This document shows positions 44,854 through 54,860 of a stretch of DNA of 64,000 nucleotides, one piece after another. The notes beneath the pieces were generated by a model. That model made no database searches. It was not told the DNA's origin and saw only the letters and a list, made by a program, of their open reading frames with translations. Where the stretch lies: the NCBI GenBank assembly GCA_035606795.1, contig DATNEI010000107.1, positions 470-64,469 of the forward strand, in the 5' to 3' direction. Source of the stretch: Pyrinomonadaceae bacterium (GTDB lineage Bacteria; Acidobacteriota; Blastocatellia; Pyrinomonadales; Pyrinomonadaceae). Numbering within the stretch: position 1 is the stretch's first letter; each line of letters opens with the position of its first letter. Both the position numbers and the translations under genes were made by a program.

Positions 44854-44940
44854 CCGCGGATGAACGCGGATCGACGCAGATCAGAACGGTCAATGGTTTG
44901 TTCTTAATCCGCGTCTATCTGCGTTAATCTGCGGCTAATT
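44848..44940. repeat. AATTAG-terminated palindromic element built from inverted decamer arrays (CGCGGATNNN), copy 1
   Basis: aattagccgcggatgaacgcggatcgacgcagatcagaac ... gttcttaatccgcgtctatctgcgttaatctgcggctaatt. Its first TAG is the aspS stop codon. Confidence 0.9.
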
Positions 44941-44953
44941 TATCGTCTGGCTC

Positions 44954-45382
44954 ATGCACATCCGGCTAACTCGATCGCTTTTTGACGAGCTAATCGCGCA
45001 TGCTCGCGAAGCTGCTCCGAACGAATGCTGCGGATTGATTGGCGGCTCAATCGACGGACGCGCTGATACGCTTTATCGCACGAAGAATGTCGCGGCAGAC
45101 ACGCTTGTCAGCTACGAAGCCGCGCCCGAAGATCTCTTTGCCGCGCAACGCGCGATGCGCGAACGTGGCGAGCAACTTATCGCGATTTATCACTCGCATC
45201 CACGCGCCGCTAACCCGGAGCCATCTCCGACTGATGTGCGGCTTGCCTACTACCCAGCAGCGGTTTACCTTATTGCTGGATTAGGAAATGATGAGCCTTG
45301 CTTGCGCGCTTTTTGCATCGATGAGCGCACAGGCAAATGGGAACCGGTCGAGTACGACATCACCGAAGGCACGAGCAGCTGA
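44954..45382 (+). CDS. JAMM/MPN+ (Mov34) family metalloprotease
   Basis: ECCGLIGG plus the JAMM motif HSHPRAANPEPSPTD. Confidence 0.8.
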   Translation: MHIRLTRSLFDELIAHAREAAPNECCGLIGGSIDGRADTLYRTKNVAADTLVSYEAAPEDLFAAQRAMRERGEQLIAIYHSHPRAANPEPSPTDVRLAYYPAAVYLIAGLGNDEPCLRAFCIDERTGKWEPVEYDITEGTSS

Positions 45383-45417
45383 AACTCAATCACTCAGCCG
45401 CTCGTAGAGACCTTCAA

Positions 45418-46155
45418 ATGCAACCGAAGCACAGCAAATACGACACGAATCCGCTGGACGAGAACGTTGCGGATCGCGCGACTGATTCTTGGGGCCGCGA
45501 CACCGGTTCGGCCGGCGAACCGGAGACGCAGAACATGAGCGGCGCGGCCACGCGAGAAATCGGTGGTGGCGCGAATGATGCGGCGCGAAACGATCCCGAA
45601 GCCGAAGCCGCCACGCGTCGCATAGACGATTCGTATCCTTCGATTTTCGTGCAGCCAAAAGGACGTGAGGTGACGTACCAGCCGCCGCCCATGCCTCTGG
45701 CAAACATCTACCAGCCGCCGCCGGTTCCCCCGCCGCAGATTTATCAGCGGCCGCCTGTCCCGTTCCTTCAGGGCAAACCGGGTACGCGCACAGTCACCGG
45801 TGTAAACATTTCGGAAAAATGGGCGAATGCACTGCCCTACTTTCCGTTTTTCATTGGGCTAGTGGCGTCTGTGGTTGAGTTGCTCATGGTGCCCCGTACT
45901 GAGAGCCGCACCCGGTTTCACGCCGCCCAGGGATTTGCTTTGCAAATCGCTATTCTGGCAATCAGCGCAGTCTTCAGCGCTATTACGGCAATAACTGATA
46001 GCGGCGTCGGCTCGGGCCTTTTTCGGTTTGCTGCATTTGTATTCTTAATCGTTTCGACAATTCGCGTTTTGAAAGGGAAGCCTCTCCATATTTCGATACT
46101 CGACGACGCCAGAAATTGGGTAGACGAAAAAATCAAGCCGCGCAAAACAAGCTGA
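45418..46155 (+). CDS. Membrane protein with a Pro-rich N-terminal region and a DUF4870-like TM domain
   Basis: Start chosen at ATG 45418; the track start 45337 overlaps the JAMM gene. Features are IYQPPPVPPPQIYQRPPVP repeats and RFHAAQGFALQIAILAISAV. Confidence 0.5.
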   Translation: MQPKHSKYDTNPLDENVADRATDSWGRDTGSAGEPETQNMSGAATREIGGGANDAARNDPEAEAATRRIDDSYPSIFVQPKGREVTYQPPPMPLANIYQPPPVPPPQIYQRPPVPFLQGKPGTRTVTGVNISEKWANALPYFPFFIGLVASVVELLMVPRTESRTRFHAAQGFALQIAILAISAVFSAITAITDSGVGSGLFRFAAFVFLIVSTIRVLKGKPLHISILDDARNWVDEKIKPRKTS

Positions 46156-46310
46156 CAGTTTTCCGTCCTGCGCCACTTTGCGTCGGCGGGAAACGATTGG
46201 CACAATAGAGACCTCTCGAACAGTAGAACCGGAGCCGGATCGCTGGTTCACGCCAGACTGCACGAGCATGAAGTGTCTCTGGGCGATCGCGAGTTATCTT
46301 GATTTGCATG

Positions 46311-46352
46311 CCGTTTCCGAACTTGAAACTTGGAACTTGAAACCTGAAACCG
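46311..46352. repeat. Solo array of CTTGAAA-type heptamers (no long partner arm)
   Basis: ccgtttccgaacttgaaacttggaacttgaaacctgaaaccg. It lies just upstream of the tkt ATG and belongs to the same unit family as 20042 and 42957. Confidence 0.8.
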
Positions 46353-46358
46353 ATTGTC

Positions 46359-48419
46359 ATGAGCGCAAAAGTGCAACTTGAAACCACGCCCGAACTCGAT
46401 CAGCTTTGCATCAACACAATTCGCACGCTCGCGATTGACGCGGTGCAGAAAGCTAACTCAGGACATCCCGGTCTGCCGCTCGGTGCGGCGCCGATGGCTT
46501 ACGTCTTATGGACGCGCTTCATGCGCTACAACCCTAAAAACCCGGAGTGGCACAACCGCGATCGCTTCCTGCTGTCCGCCGGTCACGGTTGCATGCTGCT
46601 GTACGCCTTGCTCCATCTGACAGGTTATGACTTGTCGCTCGACGAGATCAAAAATTTCCGGCAATGGGGATCGAAAACGCCGGGCCATCCTGAGTACGGA
46701 CTTGCTCCCGGAGTGGAAATCACTACCGGGCCACTGGGTCAGGGTTTCGCCAACGGCGTGGGCATGGCGATGGGCGGGGCGCACCTCGCCGCAAAATTCA
46801 ATCAGAAAGACTTTTCCCTCATTGATCATTACATTTACGCCATCGTTTCTGACGGCGATTTGATGGAAGGTGTGGCCTCGGAAGCGGCATCACTCGCGGG
46901 ACATTTGAAACTGGGAAAGCTGATTTATCTTTACGACGACAATCACGTCACCATCGAAGGTTTTACCGACCTGGCATTTTCTGAAGACGTGCCGAAGCGA
47001 TTTGAATCGTACGGTTGGCACACTTCAACGGTTGAAGATGGAAACGATCTCGCCGCCATCGATGCTGCTATTCGCGACGCTCAATCAGTCGCCGATCGAC
47101 CGTCGTTGATCTCGGTCAAGACTACAATCGGTTATGGCATGCCGACCGCCGGCACGCGCAAGGCGCACAGCGACGCGCCCGGCGAAGAAGCCGTGCGCGA
47201 AACTAAACGACATCTCGGCTGGCCGGAAGACAAACAGTTTTATATTCCGGAAGAAGCGCTGGCGCATTTTCGTCGTAGCGTCGATCGCGGTGCGAAGTAC
47301 GAAAGCGAATGGAACGATCTAGTCGGCGATTACGGAAAGAAACATCCGGAACTCAGCCAGCTCTGGCAGCAAACCATGAGTGGCGATTTGCCCGACGACT
47401 GGGAGAAGCATCTGCCGTCATTCGACGATGCGGAAGCGATGGCCACGCGCGTCGCCAGCGGCAAAGTCATCAACGCGCTCGCGCCGCACCTGCCGATGCT
47501 CATCGGCGGCTCGGCCGACCTCGGAGTTTCGAATAACACGGACATTAAAGACGGTGGCGATTTCGAACCGGGCAACTACGACGGCCGCATCCTTCACTTC
47601 GGCGTGCGTGAGCATGCGATGGGCTCGACGCTGACTGGCATGAGTTTGAATGGCGGATTGATTCCCTACGGCGGGACTTTCATGACTTTTTCGGACTACA
47701 TGCGTCCGGCGATTCGGCTCGCGTGCTTGTCCGAAATTCAGGTCATCTATGTTTTCACGCACGATTCGATTGGACTGGGCGAAGATGGCCCGACGCATCA
47801 ACCGATTGAACACCTCGCCGCCTTGCGCGCGATTCCGCACTTGTTCGTTGTGCGGCCCGCAGATGTCTATGAAGTGCGCGAGGCGTGGCGACTCGCAATC
47901 CTGCGCCGCGATGCTCCTACCGCGCTCGCGCTCACAAGGCAGAAAGTCCCGCTCATCGATCGAAAGAAGTTTGCGCCAGCGGAGGGACTGCGCCGCGGGG
48001 GATACATTTTGGCTGAAGCTGAAGGTGTCAGAAGCCCGAGCGTAAGCGAGGGCAAGTCGCAAGACCAAACTCCGCAGATGATTTTAATCGCCACCGGCTC
48101 AGAAGTTTCATTAGCGCTGGATGCTCGCGAGCAACTTCAGAGCGACGGCATTCCCACGCGAGTTGTTTCGATGCCCTGCGTGGAACTCTTCGAAGAGCAA
48201 ACACAGAATTACCGCGACGAAGTTTTGCCGCCCGCAGTGACTGCGCGGCTGTCGATCGAAGCGGGCGTGGGACAAGGTTGGGATCGCTATGTCGGTGCGG
48301 ACGGCGACAAGATCTGTCTGGATCGATTTGGTGCGTCGGCGCCCGGCGAAGTGGCGCTGAAGAACCTCGGCTTCAATGTCGAGAACGTGGTGAAGCACGC
48401 AAAGGCTCTGCTCAAGTAA
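46359..48419 (+). CDS. tkt: Transketolase
   Basis: [31 protein letters not shown] and [22 protein letters not shown]. Confidence 0.95.
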   Translation: MSAKVQLETTPELDQLCINTIRTLAIDAVQKANSGHPGLPLGAAPMAYVLWTRFMRYNPKNPEWHNRDRFLLSAGHGCMLLYALLHLTGYDLSLDEIKNFRQWGSKTPGHPEYGLAPGVEITTGPLGQGFANGVGMAMGGAHLAAKFNQKDFSLIDHYIYAIVSDGDLMEGVASEAASLAGHLKLGKLIYLYDDNHVTIEGFTDLAFSEDVPKRFESYGWHTSTVEDGNDLAAIDAAIRDAQSVADRPSLISVKTTIGYGMPTAGTRKAHSDAPGEEAVRETKRHLGWPEDKQFYIPEEALAHFRRSVDRGAKYESEWNDLVGDYGKKHPELSQLWQQTMSGDLPDDWEKHLPSFDDAEAMATRVASGKVINALAPHLPMLIGGSADLGVSNNTDIKDGGDFEPGNYDGRILHFGVREHAMGSTLTGMSLNGGLIPYGGTFMTFSDYMRPAIRLACLSEIQVIYVFTHDSIGLGEDGPTHQPIEHLAALRAIPHLFVVRPADVYEVREAWRLAILRRDAPTALALTRQKVPLIDRKKFAPAEGLRRGGYILAEAEGVRSPSVSEGKSQDQTPQMILIATGSEVSLALDAREQLQSDGIPTRVVSMPCVELFEEQTQNYRDEVLPPAVTARLSIEAGVGQGWDRYVGADGDKICLDRFGASAPGEVALKNLGFNVENVVKHAKALLK

Positions 48420-48518
48420 CAACGCCGTAGCCTTTGCGTTACTTTGCGACTTGGCGCCTTCGCGTGAGGCGGTTCACGCCAAGACGCAAAGCCGCAAAGG
48501 ACCGCAAAGCGTTGTTGC
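48419..48518. repeat. Palindromic element built from inverted decamer-like arrays (CTTTGCGNNN)
   Basis: caacgccgtagcctttgcgttactttgcgacttggcg ... cgccaagacgcaaagccgcaaaggaccgcaaagcgttg. It starts at the tkt stop. Confidence 0.85.
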
Positions 48519-48567
48519 GTGTTAGAATCGCAGCAGTCTTTATTCAACTTAATTTCAGGGGGAAAAC

Positions 48568-48798
48568 ATGGCAGACGTTTCTATTCATCCGAAACCAAAT
48601 GGACCGTATCTCGTCGAGGGAGATGTAGAAATTTACGACACTGCGGGCAATCGCATCTCGACTGAGGGTCGGCCGCGGATTGCGTTGTGTCGTTGTGGAG
48701 CTTCTTCGAACAAACCTTTCTGCGACGGCACGCACAGCAAGATTGGCTTCCAGGCAGCCGAAACAATCAATCCCGAAAGCGCTGAACCAGCAACGTAG
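48568..48798 (+). CDS. CDGSH iron-sulfur domain protein
   Basis: LCRCGASSNKPFCDGTHSKIGF matches the CDGSH signature. Confidence 0.85.
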   Translation: MADVSIHPKPNGPYLVEGDVEIYDTAGNRISTEGRPRIALCRCGASSNKPFCDGTHSKIGFQAAETINPESAEPAT

Positions 48799-48802
48799 AG
48801 GG

Positions 48803-49672
48803 ATGCGGCGTTTTGAGCGCACGGCGTTAGAGTACCAACTTAAGTTGGGCACTTCCGGTTGGGTGCAAGGCCCGACTAAAGTCGGTACTCTGACGCCTTT
48901 TCTTTTTCGCGCCGCGATTCTCACAGCCCTCCTCGCCCTGGCCCCGACCAGTTTCGCAAAGACAATTCGCGTGATGACTTACAACATCCATGTGGGTGTC
49001 GGCATGGACAAGAAACTCGACCTTGCCCGCATTGCTGACGTCATCAACAAACAACGTCCCGATTTAGTCGGCTTGCAGGAAGTCGATCGCGGCGTCGAAC
49101 GCACGCAACGAATCGATGAGATCGCGCAACTCGCCAAACTGACGAAGATGGATTATGCGTTCGCCTTCAATCTGAAATACCAGGGCGGACAATATGGCGT
49201 GGCGATTCTCTCGCGGCATCGAATTCTCGCCACTGACCACCGCCTGTACAAGAATCTGCGTGAGGCTGAACGCCGTGGATTCATTCGGGCCGAAATACGA
49301 GCGGGAGGAGAAGTCTTAAACTTCGTCACGACCCATCTCGATTATCAATACGAGGATGGTCGGGCCTTTGAAACGGAACAATTGCTGGCCGGCTTGAAAG
49401 ATGTGAAGGGACCGCTAATCGTGGTCGGCGATTTCAATGATGTGCCGAGTGGTGGAGCGTACAAGTTGATGCATCAGACTTTTGACGATGCCTGGGCCTT
49501 AGCGCAACCAAGCGCCGAAGGATTCAGTTATCCGGCCGACAAACCGGCAAAGCGAATCGATTACATCCTCACCCGCAAGTCTGATGGGATTAAGACGAAG
49601 CGCGCATGGATCGTTAGCACACCGGCTTCTGATCATGTCCCGGTGCTCGCTGAACTCGAGATATTGAAATAA
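48803..49672 (+). CDS. Secreted endonuclease/exonuclease/phosphatase (EEP) family protein
   Basis: Start taken at ATG 48803; the track start 48680 overlaps the CDGSH gene. Motifs are MTYNIHVGVGMD, LVGLQEVD, VVGDFND and SDHVPVLAELE. Confidence 0.7.
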   Translation: MRRFERTALEYQLKLGTSGWVQGPTKVGTLTPFLFRAAILTALLALAPTSFAKTIRVMTYNIHVGVGMDKKLDLARIADVINKQRPDLVGLQEVDRGVERTQRIDEIAQLAKLTKMDYAFAFNLKYQGGQYGVAILSRHRILATDHRLYKNLREAERRGFIRAEIRAGGEVLNFVTTHLDYQYEDGRAFETEQLLAGLKDVKGPLIVVGDFNDVPSGGAYKLMHQTFDDAWALAQPSAEGFSYPADKPAKRIDYILTRKSDGIKTKRAWIVSTPASDHVPVLAELEILK

Positions 49673-49675
49673 CAT

Positions 49676-49798
49676 TCTCATTCACACACGGCTTTAGCCG
49701 GGTGGCAGGCAGAACAAACAAATTGGGAAACCGTTTCAAACGGTTTCTGATTCTTGTCCACGGCGTCCGGCGCCTGGCTGAAGCCAGGCGAGAATGAG
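49676..49798. repeat. Composite palindromic element between convergent genes
   Basis: Outer arms ctcattcacacacggctttagccgggtg and cgcctggctgaagccaggcgagaatgag are each a hairpin. The centre is the perfect hairpin gaaaccgttt-ca-aacggtttc. Confidence 0.8.
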
Positions 49799-49814
49799 AC
49801 CTTATAGCAAAGCT

Positions 49815-51299
49815 TCAAACATCCGCCATCCCAGGTCGGGATTCTGACATTTCCGCAAACGGCCACTCGCCGCGCTTCTTTGAGCGGATGAAGTAAATAA
49901 TCAATCCGACGACAACGAGCACCGCTGCGTAGCGAATCTCTTTCAGAAAATTCTTTCTTGAAATAAGCACGTAGATGAAGCCCGCGAGGGCCACCAGCGC
50001 CGGCAAAGGATAGAGCCACATGCGAAATGGCCGCGGCAGATCCGGACGTCGCATGCGCAGCACGATCACGCCAACAATCTGCGCGAGGAACTGCACCAGA
50101 ATTCGAATGACCACCAGCGCCGCGATCACATCCGCCAGCCGAAAGAAGCAGAACAACGCAGCAATGCCGCCCATCACCAGCAACGAAACATAAGGAAAGC
50201 GATGGCGCGGGTGAACCTTCGCAAAGACCCGGAAATAGTTACCGTCGCGCGCGGCTGCGAAGGGGACGCGCGAGTACCCCAGCAGCAGAGAAAACACCGA
50301 CGCGAACGCCGTCCACATGATCAAGACTGTCGCGACGACTCCGGCTTTCGTCCCATAGAGACGTTCCATGAACGAGGCGATCACGTACCGCTGCGCCGGC
50401 GTGTTGGCCGTACCGGCAAATTCGCGCCACGGAATCACCCCAAGGATCGAAATGTTCATCACGATGTAAATGACCGCAACAAACAGGATCGAAAACAGCA
50501 CCGCGCGCGGAATATTACGGCCAGGGTCTTTTACCTCGCCGCCGAGGAAGCAGACGTTGTAATAGCCCCAGTAGTCATAGACCGCGACCAGCAGCGCCGC
50601 GCCTAACCCTGTGAAGAATTCAGGCCGCAAACTGAACGCATCTGGCGGAAAGTCGAACGCAAGCCTGCGATCAAAGTGCGTCACACCGGCGAAGATCACC
50701 CAGACTATCGTCAGCATCACGCCGACCCAAAGGAACTTTGAGAAACGCTCGATAAGGGTAATGCGTCGATACAGAAGAAAGACTGCGACAATGAGCGCGC
50801 AGATGGCGACGATGGCAACCGGAATCGCATTGATCTCGACTTCACCCAAAAGTGGCAGGGTAACTTTCGTTGCATTGCCCAGCCCGGGAAAGATGTAAGT
50901 CGCGTATTGAGCCAGTCCAATACTGCCTGATGCGATCGATAGCGGGGCGCTGAACGTAAGTTGCCAGATGAAGAGAAACGACATCAGCCTGCCTAATTTT
51001 CGCGGGTTGTAAATCTCGGCGAGATATCGATACGAGCCGCCCGAGCCCGGCAGTGCCGCGCCGAGTTCAGCCCACACCAAGCCGTCGCAGACCACCAGCA
51101 GCGCGCCCAGAATCCAACCGAGCATCGCCTGCGGCCCGCCCATCGCCGCGATAATCAGCGGGATGGTGATGAACGGCCCAACGCCGATCATGTCGATCAT
51201 GTTCAGCGTCGTCGCGCCCCAAAGACCGACGCCGCGGATCAGCTGATCGTCATTTGCATTCGCGCCCGGGGTTGCGGTCGCGTCTACATTTTTGGACAT
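49815..51299 (-). CDS. APC-superfamily amino acid/polyamine transporter
   Basis: About 12 TM segments, with an N-terminal GVGLWGATTLNMIDMIGVGPF pattern typical of APC permeases. Confidence 0.8.
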   Translation of the reverse strand: MSKNVDATATPGANANDDQLIRGVGLWGATTLNMIDMIGVGPFITIPLIIAAMGGPQAMLGWILGALLVVCDGLVWAELGAALPGSGGSYRYLAEIYNPRKLGRLMSFLFIWQLTFSAPLSIASGSIGLAQYATYIFPGLGNATKVTLPLLGEVEINAIPVAIVAICALIVAVFLLYRRITLIERFSKFLWVGVMLTIVWVIFAGVTHFDRRLAFDFPPDAFSLRPEFFTGLGAALLVAVYDYWGYYNVCFLGGEVKDPGRNIPRAVLFSILFVAVIYIVMNISILGVIPWREFAGTANTPAQRYVIASFMERLYGTKAGVVATVLIMWTAFASVFSLLLGYSRVPFAAARDGNYFRVFAKVHPRHRFPYVSLLVMGGIAALFCFFRLADVIAALVVIRILVQFLAQIVGVIVLRMRRPDLPRPFRMWLYPLPALVALAGFIYVLISRKNFLKEIRYAAVLVVVGLIIYFIRSKKRGEWPFAEMSESRPGMADV

Positions 51300-51349
51300 T
51301 AGCGACAGTGTTTACGTGAAAAAGCGCTGGTTGTCGAGGTGGTAGCCTG

Positions 51350-51441
51350 GTCAGAACCGCCTGCGGTAGCGGGCGGTTGAACTTGCTGCCGGTTCGGCGG
51401 AATGAAGAGATCAACCCCCCGCAACCGCAGGTGGTTCTGAC
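51350..51441. repeat. Imperfect inverted repeat of the GTCAGAACC...GCGGTAGCG family
   Basis: gtcagaaccgcctgcggtagcgggcggttga (51350..51380) pairs with tcaaccccccgcaaccgcaggtggttctgac (51411..51441) with 3 mismatches. It shares its core with the 31593 element. Confidence 0.8.
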
Positions 51442-51492
51442 TGCGTGACCTCTGCGGCCTCTAAGGTTAAACTTAGCCCCATCAGAAAAATT

Positions 51493-54072
51493 ATGAATAC
51501 CAAAATCGCACGAACACTGTCCGCCATTCTCTTTCTCGCGCTGCTTGTCGCCTTTCCACGTGTGGAACGGACCACAGCAACCGTTGCACCGTCGGAAGAT
51601 CGCGTCGCGCTTTACCAGGCGCTGCTCGATCTGCAAAACCCCTGGACGGTCATGTGCGTCGCGGCGCACCCGGATGACGAAGACGGTACGTCGCTGATCG
51701 TCATGCGGCACAAGTACGGCGCGCACACGGTCAGTTTATTCTCTACATTTGGCGAAGGCGGGCAGAACGCGATCGGGCCGGAGTTGTACGAAGAGCTGGG
51801 CGCGATTCGCGCGCGCGAGACGATGGCGGCGGCTGAGATCCAGGGTTCCGAGCCTCACTTTCTCGGTCTGAAAGATTTTGGTTTTTCGAAATCACGAGAC
51901 GAAGCATTCAAGTTTTGGGGACACGAAGAAGCTCTGCGCCGCATGGTCCTGCAGATTCGCAAACTGCGCCCGGACGTCATCATTACTAATCATTCGACTA
52001 CGAGTAACGACCACGGTCACCACCAGGCGACGGCGCTCATGGTCGTCGAAGCGTTCGACGCGGCCGCGGACTCGACGAAGTTTCCCGAACAATTGAAAGA
52101 TGGCGTGACCACGTGGCAGGTGCAGCGTCTTTTTGTGCGACAACGTGGCAATCAAGCGCAGCAGAACCCCGACCGTCAGGGAGGGGGCACTCAGATCGTT
52201 ACCATTGATCCGAATGAACAAGACCCGGTTCGCGGCACTGTGTTCGGCGAACAAGCGCTGAACGCTTTGCAAAAGCACGCGACCCAAGGCCCGTGGCCAA
52301 AATCATTTGCCGAATACACGGCGCGATTTCGGGCCTTCAGCGGACAGAATGCGCCGGCCGGACAACTCCCGATGATTCGTTATGGGCTCGTGAAATCAGC
52401 CGGCAGCGCGGCGCCAATGCCGGCCGGAGAGTCTCACAATTTTCTCGATGGCCTCGCATTGACCGAGACTGAGGCCTCTGAGGTTGCTGCGCCCACAATC
52501 AACGGGCGGGCGCTAACCGATTTTTTAGATCAGCGGCCACAACTTATCGACGCGCTTGATACGCGTTGGCAAGCCACGCAGCGGTTTTTGGGAGCCACTC
52601 CTCGTGCGGTTCCTCAAAATAAATTCCGGATGAGTTGGTTCGTCCAGCGTATTAACATCGCGCTCGCGGCGGCCAGCGGAGTCAAGGCATCCCTGGTAGG
52701 GCCTGATGTCCTAGTCCCCAGTACATCTGCCGCTTTCAAACTAGTCATTTCGAACGCGGGCGTTGCGCCAATTACGGTGGCAAAACATAACCTGGCCACG
52801 GGAGGCCCGAATCTGATCGGACTCTCTTGCTGCCCGACGCTCAGCTCTGATGTCGCTGTGATGCCCGGTCACTCGATCGAAATACCGCTAAATCATTCTG
52901 TGGCCAACGACACACAGATCACCGTCCCGCACAGTGCCAATCTTTATAGCGACAGAGTCTTTGGAATTCCGGTGAGCACATCCGTCCAAGTGAAGACCAA
53001 AAGTTGGTTTTGGATTGGAGCGACAAAATCGATCGACGTCGCGCCGCCGGTCGAGATCGCGGCTATTAACCCTCTACCGGTGGTTATTCATGACGAAGTG
53101 GGAGCCAGCAGCGCCGGCGCCGACATCATCCCAGGCCGCTTTCCTCAAGTCAGCATTGAGTTGATAAATCACTTGGACCAGCCCTTCAAAGGCGAAGTCG
53201 TTTACGGTCGGGCGCGTGGCACAGAGCAGATCAGCAAGGTTGAGATCCCGCCGCATCAAAACACCACGATTGCACTATCAATTTCGAACTCGCAGAACAG
53301 CGTTGCCGCTCATGCCAGAAGTTCAGAGTCACCCGAAACGCTGACGATAGCGGTGCGCACAGCCGATTCTCGAGCGAACATCACTGAACGAAGCGTGCCG
53401 ATTGTTCGGGCCAATGCTCACGTCGTTCGAAACTTAAACGTGGGCTACATCCGCGGTTTCGACTTTAGCCTGCCGAACGCGCTCAACTCGCTCGGCGTCG
53501 AATCGAAAGAATTGAGTGTCGATGATGTCAAGACAGCAGACTTGTCCAAGTTCACGTCAGTCATCGTCGACAATCGTGTCTATGAATCAAAGCCGGAACT
53601 GATCGCGGTTAATCAGAAGCTGCTTGATTATGCTCAGGCCGGCGGCAACCTGATCGTCTTTTATCATAAGTCGGACGAATGGAACCCTGACGAGCGACGC
53701 AACCGGCCGCAGTTGGCGCCCTACAAACTGATTCTCGGAGGCGAACGCATCACGGACGAGAATGCGCCAATAACATTTATCGAACCTGACCATCCCCTGC
53801 TCAACACTCCGAACAAGCTTGGCCAGGATGATTTCAAGGACTGGATTCAGGAGCGCGGGCTTTACTATCCGAAGGAATGGGACCCGCAGTTTCACGCGCT
53901 GCTGCAATCAAACGATCCCGGTGAGAACCCTTTGAAGGGTGGCTTGCTCGTCGCCGATTACGGCAAGGGCCATTACATCTACACCAGCATGGTCTGGTAT
54001 CGCGAGCTGCGCGGCGGGATTCCCGGCGCCTATCGCATGCTGGCGAACATGATCAGCTACGGAAGGAATTAG
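51493..54072 (+). CDS. Secreted PIG-L/LmbE-family deacetylase fused to a large C-terminal region (GATase1/ThuA-like end suspected)
   Basis: Start at ATG 51493 precedes the signal peptide MNTKIARTLSAILFLALLVAF. The PIG-L motif is VAAHPDDEDGTS. The C-terminus has FTSVIVDNRVYE...GGNLIVFYHK. Confidence 0.65.
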   Translation: MNTKIARTLSAILFLALLVAFPRVERTTATVAPSEDRVALYQALLDLQNPWTVMCVAAHPDDEDGTSLIVMRHKYGAHTVSLFSTFGEGGQNAIGPELYEELGAIRARETMAAAEIQGSEPHFLGLKDFGFSKSRDEAFKFWGHEEALRRMVLQIRKLRPDVIITNHSTTSNDHGHHQATALMVVEAFDAAADSTKFPEQLKDGVTTWQVQRLFVRQRGNQAQQNPDRQGGGTQIVTIDPNEQDPVRGTVFGEQALNALQKHATQGPWPKSFAEYTARFRAFSGQNAPAGQLPMIRYGLVKSAGSAAPMPAGESHNFLDGLALTETEASEVAAPTINGRALTDFLDQRPQLIDALDTRWQATQRFLGATPRAVPQNKFRMSWFVQRINIALAAASGVKASLVGPDVLVPSTSAAFKLVISNAGVAPITVAKHNLATGGPNLIGLSCCPTLSSDVAVMPGHSIEIPLNHSVANDTQITVPHSANLYSDRVFGIPVSTSVQVKTKSWFWIGATKSIDVAPPVEIAAINPLPVVIHDEVGASSAGADIIPGRFPQVSIELINHLDQPFKGEVVYGRARGTEQISKVEIPPHQNTTIALSISNSQNSVAAHARSSESPETLTIAVRTADSRANITERSVPIVRANAHVVRNLNVGYIRGFDFSLPNALNSLGVESKELSVDDVKTADLSKFTSVIVDNRVYESKPELIAVNQKLLDYAQAGGNLIVFYHKSDEWNPDERRNRPQLAPYKLILGGERITDENAPITFIEPDHPLLNTPNKLGQDDFKDWIQERGLYYPKEWDPQFHALLQSNDPGENPLKGGLLVADYGKGHYIYTSMVWYRELRGGIPGAYRMLANMISYGRN

Positions 54073-54193
54073 CCGAGAGAAAGTTGGCCGCGGATTAACG
54101 CGGATACACGCTGATAAGAAAAACCGCCAGACCAGACAGGAGAGAATCGCCTTCTTAACTATCAGTCTTATCCGCGTCCATCCGCGGCTAATT
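54067..54193. repeat. AATTAG-terminated palindromic element, copy 2 (between convergent genes)
   Basis: aattagccg...ccgcggattaacgcggatacacgctgataag ... cttaactatcagtcttatccgcgtccatccgcggctaatt. Its two terminal TAG/CTA triplets are the stop codons of both flanking ORFs. Confidence 0.85.
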
Positions 54194-54670
54194 ATTCTTT
54201 TCCAGCTTCTCTTTCACCCGATCCAGGAAATCTTCGATGGCGGCATTGATTCGTCGCTGCAGCGCCGAGTTCAAACGTGCCTCACTCATCAAGGCAACGC
54301 CGGGATGCAATTCCCACGCGCGTTTGCGGCGCAGCTCGACCTGCTGAGAAATGTCCACCCGCGTAAGACCATCGCTATTGGAAAATTTCAACGAATAGCG
54401 CAGCAGGTTCTTGGCCTCATTCAGCGCCGGCGACCACTCTATGGTGTTTGCGTTCGGTGACGTCTCGCGCACTGGAAACGTAAAGCGAATCCGGCCGACC
54501 GGCGTGTCAGTGGCGATAATCCAGCGCGCTAAGCCGGGTTCGCGATGAATTCCTTCAATCCCCCAAAGCATGTCGGCTAGCTTCTGCAAGTCGCTGAAAA
54601 AGTCGCGCACTTCCGTCAGCGGCGCTGCGAATTCAATCTCTTTTTTGAATGATGACTTGACGCGAAACAT
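54188..54670 (-). CDS. Hypothetical protein, SRPBCC/START-like fold suspected
   Basis: 160 aa of mixed alpha/beta pattern with no catalytic motif. The call is weak. Confidence 0.35.
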   Translation of the reverse strand: MFRVKSSFKKEIEFAAPLTEVRDFFSDLQKLADMLWGIEGIHREPGLARWIIATDTPVGRIRFTFPVRETSPNANTIEWSPALNEAKNLLRYSLKFSNSDGLTRVDISQQVELRRKRAWELHPGVALMSEARLNSALQRRINAAIEDFLDRVKEKLEKNN

Positions 54671-54691
54671 AGAAGAACAGAAGCCGGAGAT

Positions 54692-54860
54692 CAGATGTCA
54701 GAAATCAGAAGGCAGAAGGCAGAAGGCAGAAGGCAGAATCCGATGCGCGTGCTGGCTGATGGCTGACGTCTTAACTCTGAGCTCTTATGTCTAATGTCTG
54801 ACATCTGACGTGTGCCTTCTGCCTTCTGCCTTTTGCCTTCCGCTTTCTGCTTTCGCCTTC
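54692..54860. repeat. Interleaved inverted heptamer arrays (NNCAGAA x7 ... NNTTCTG x10)
   Basis: The order is A-B...A'-B'. A is cagatgtcaga, B is (cagaagg)x4, A' is tctgacatctg and B' is (tgccttc)-type x7. Confidence 0.85.

Noticed and set aside
45337-45417. Upstream start (45337) for the Pro-rich membrane protein, overlapping the JAMM gene by 46 nt
   Set aside because: The extension (MGTGRVRHHRRHEQLK...) is Arg/His-rich shadow sequence. ATG 45418 lies after the JAMM stop.
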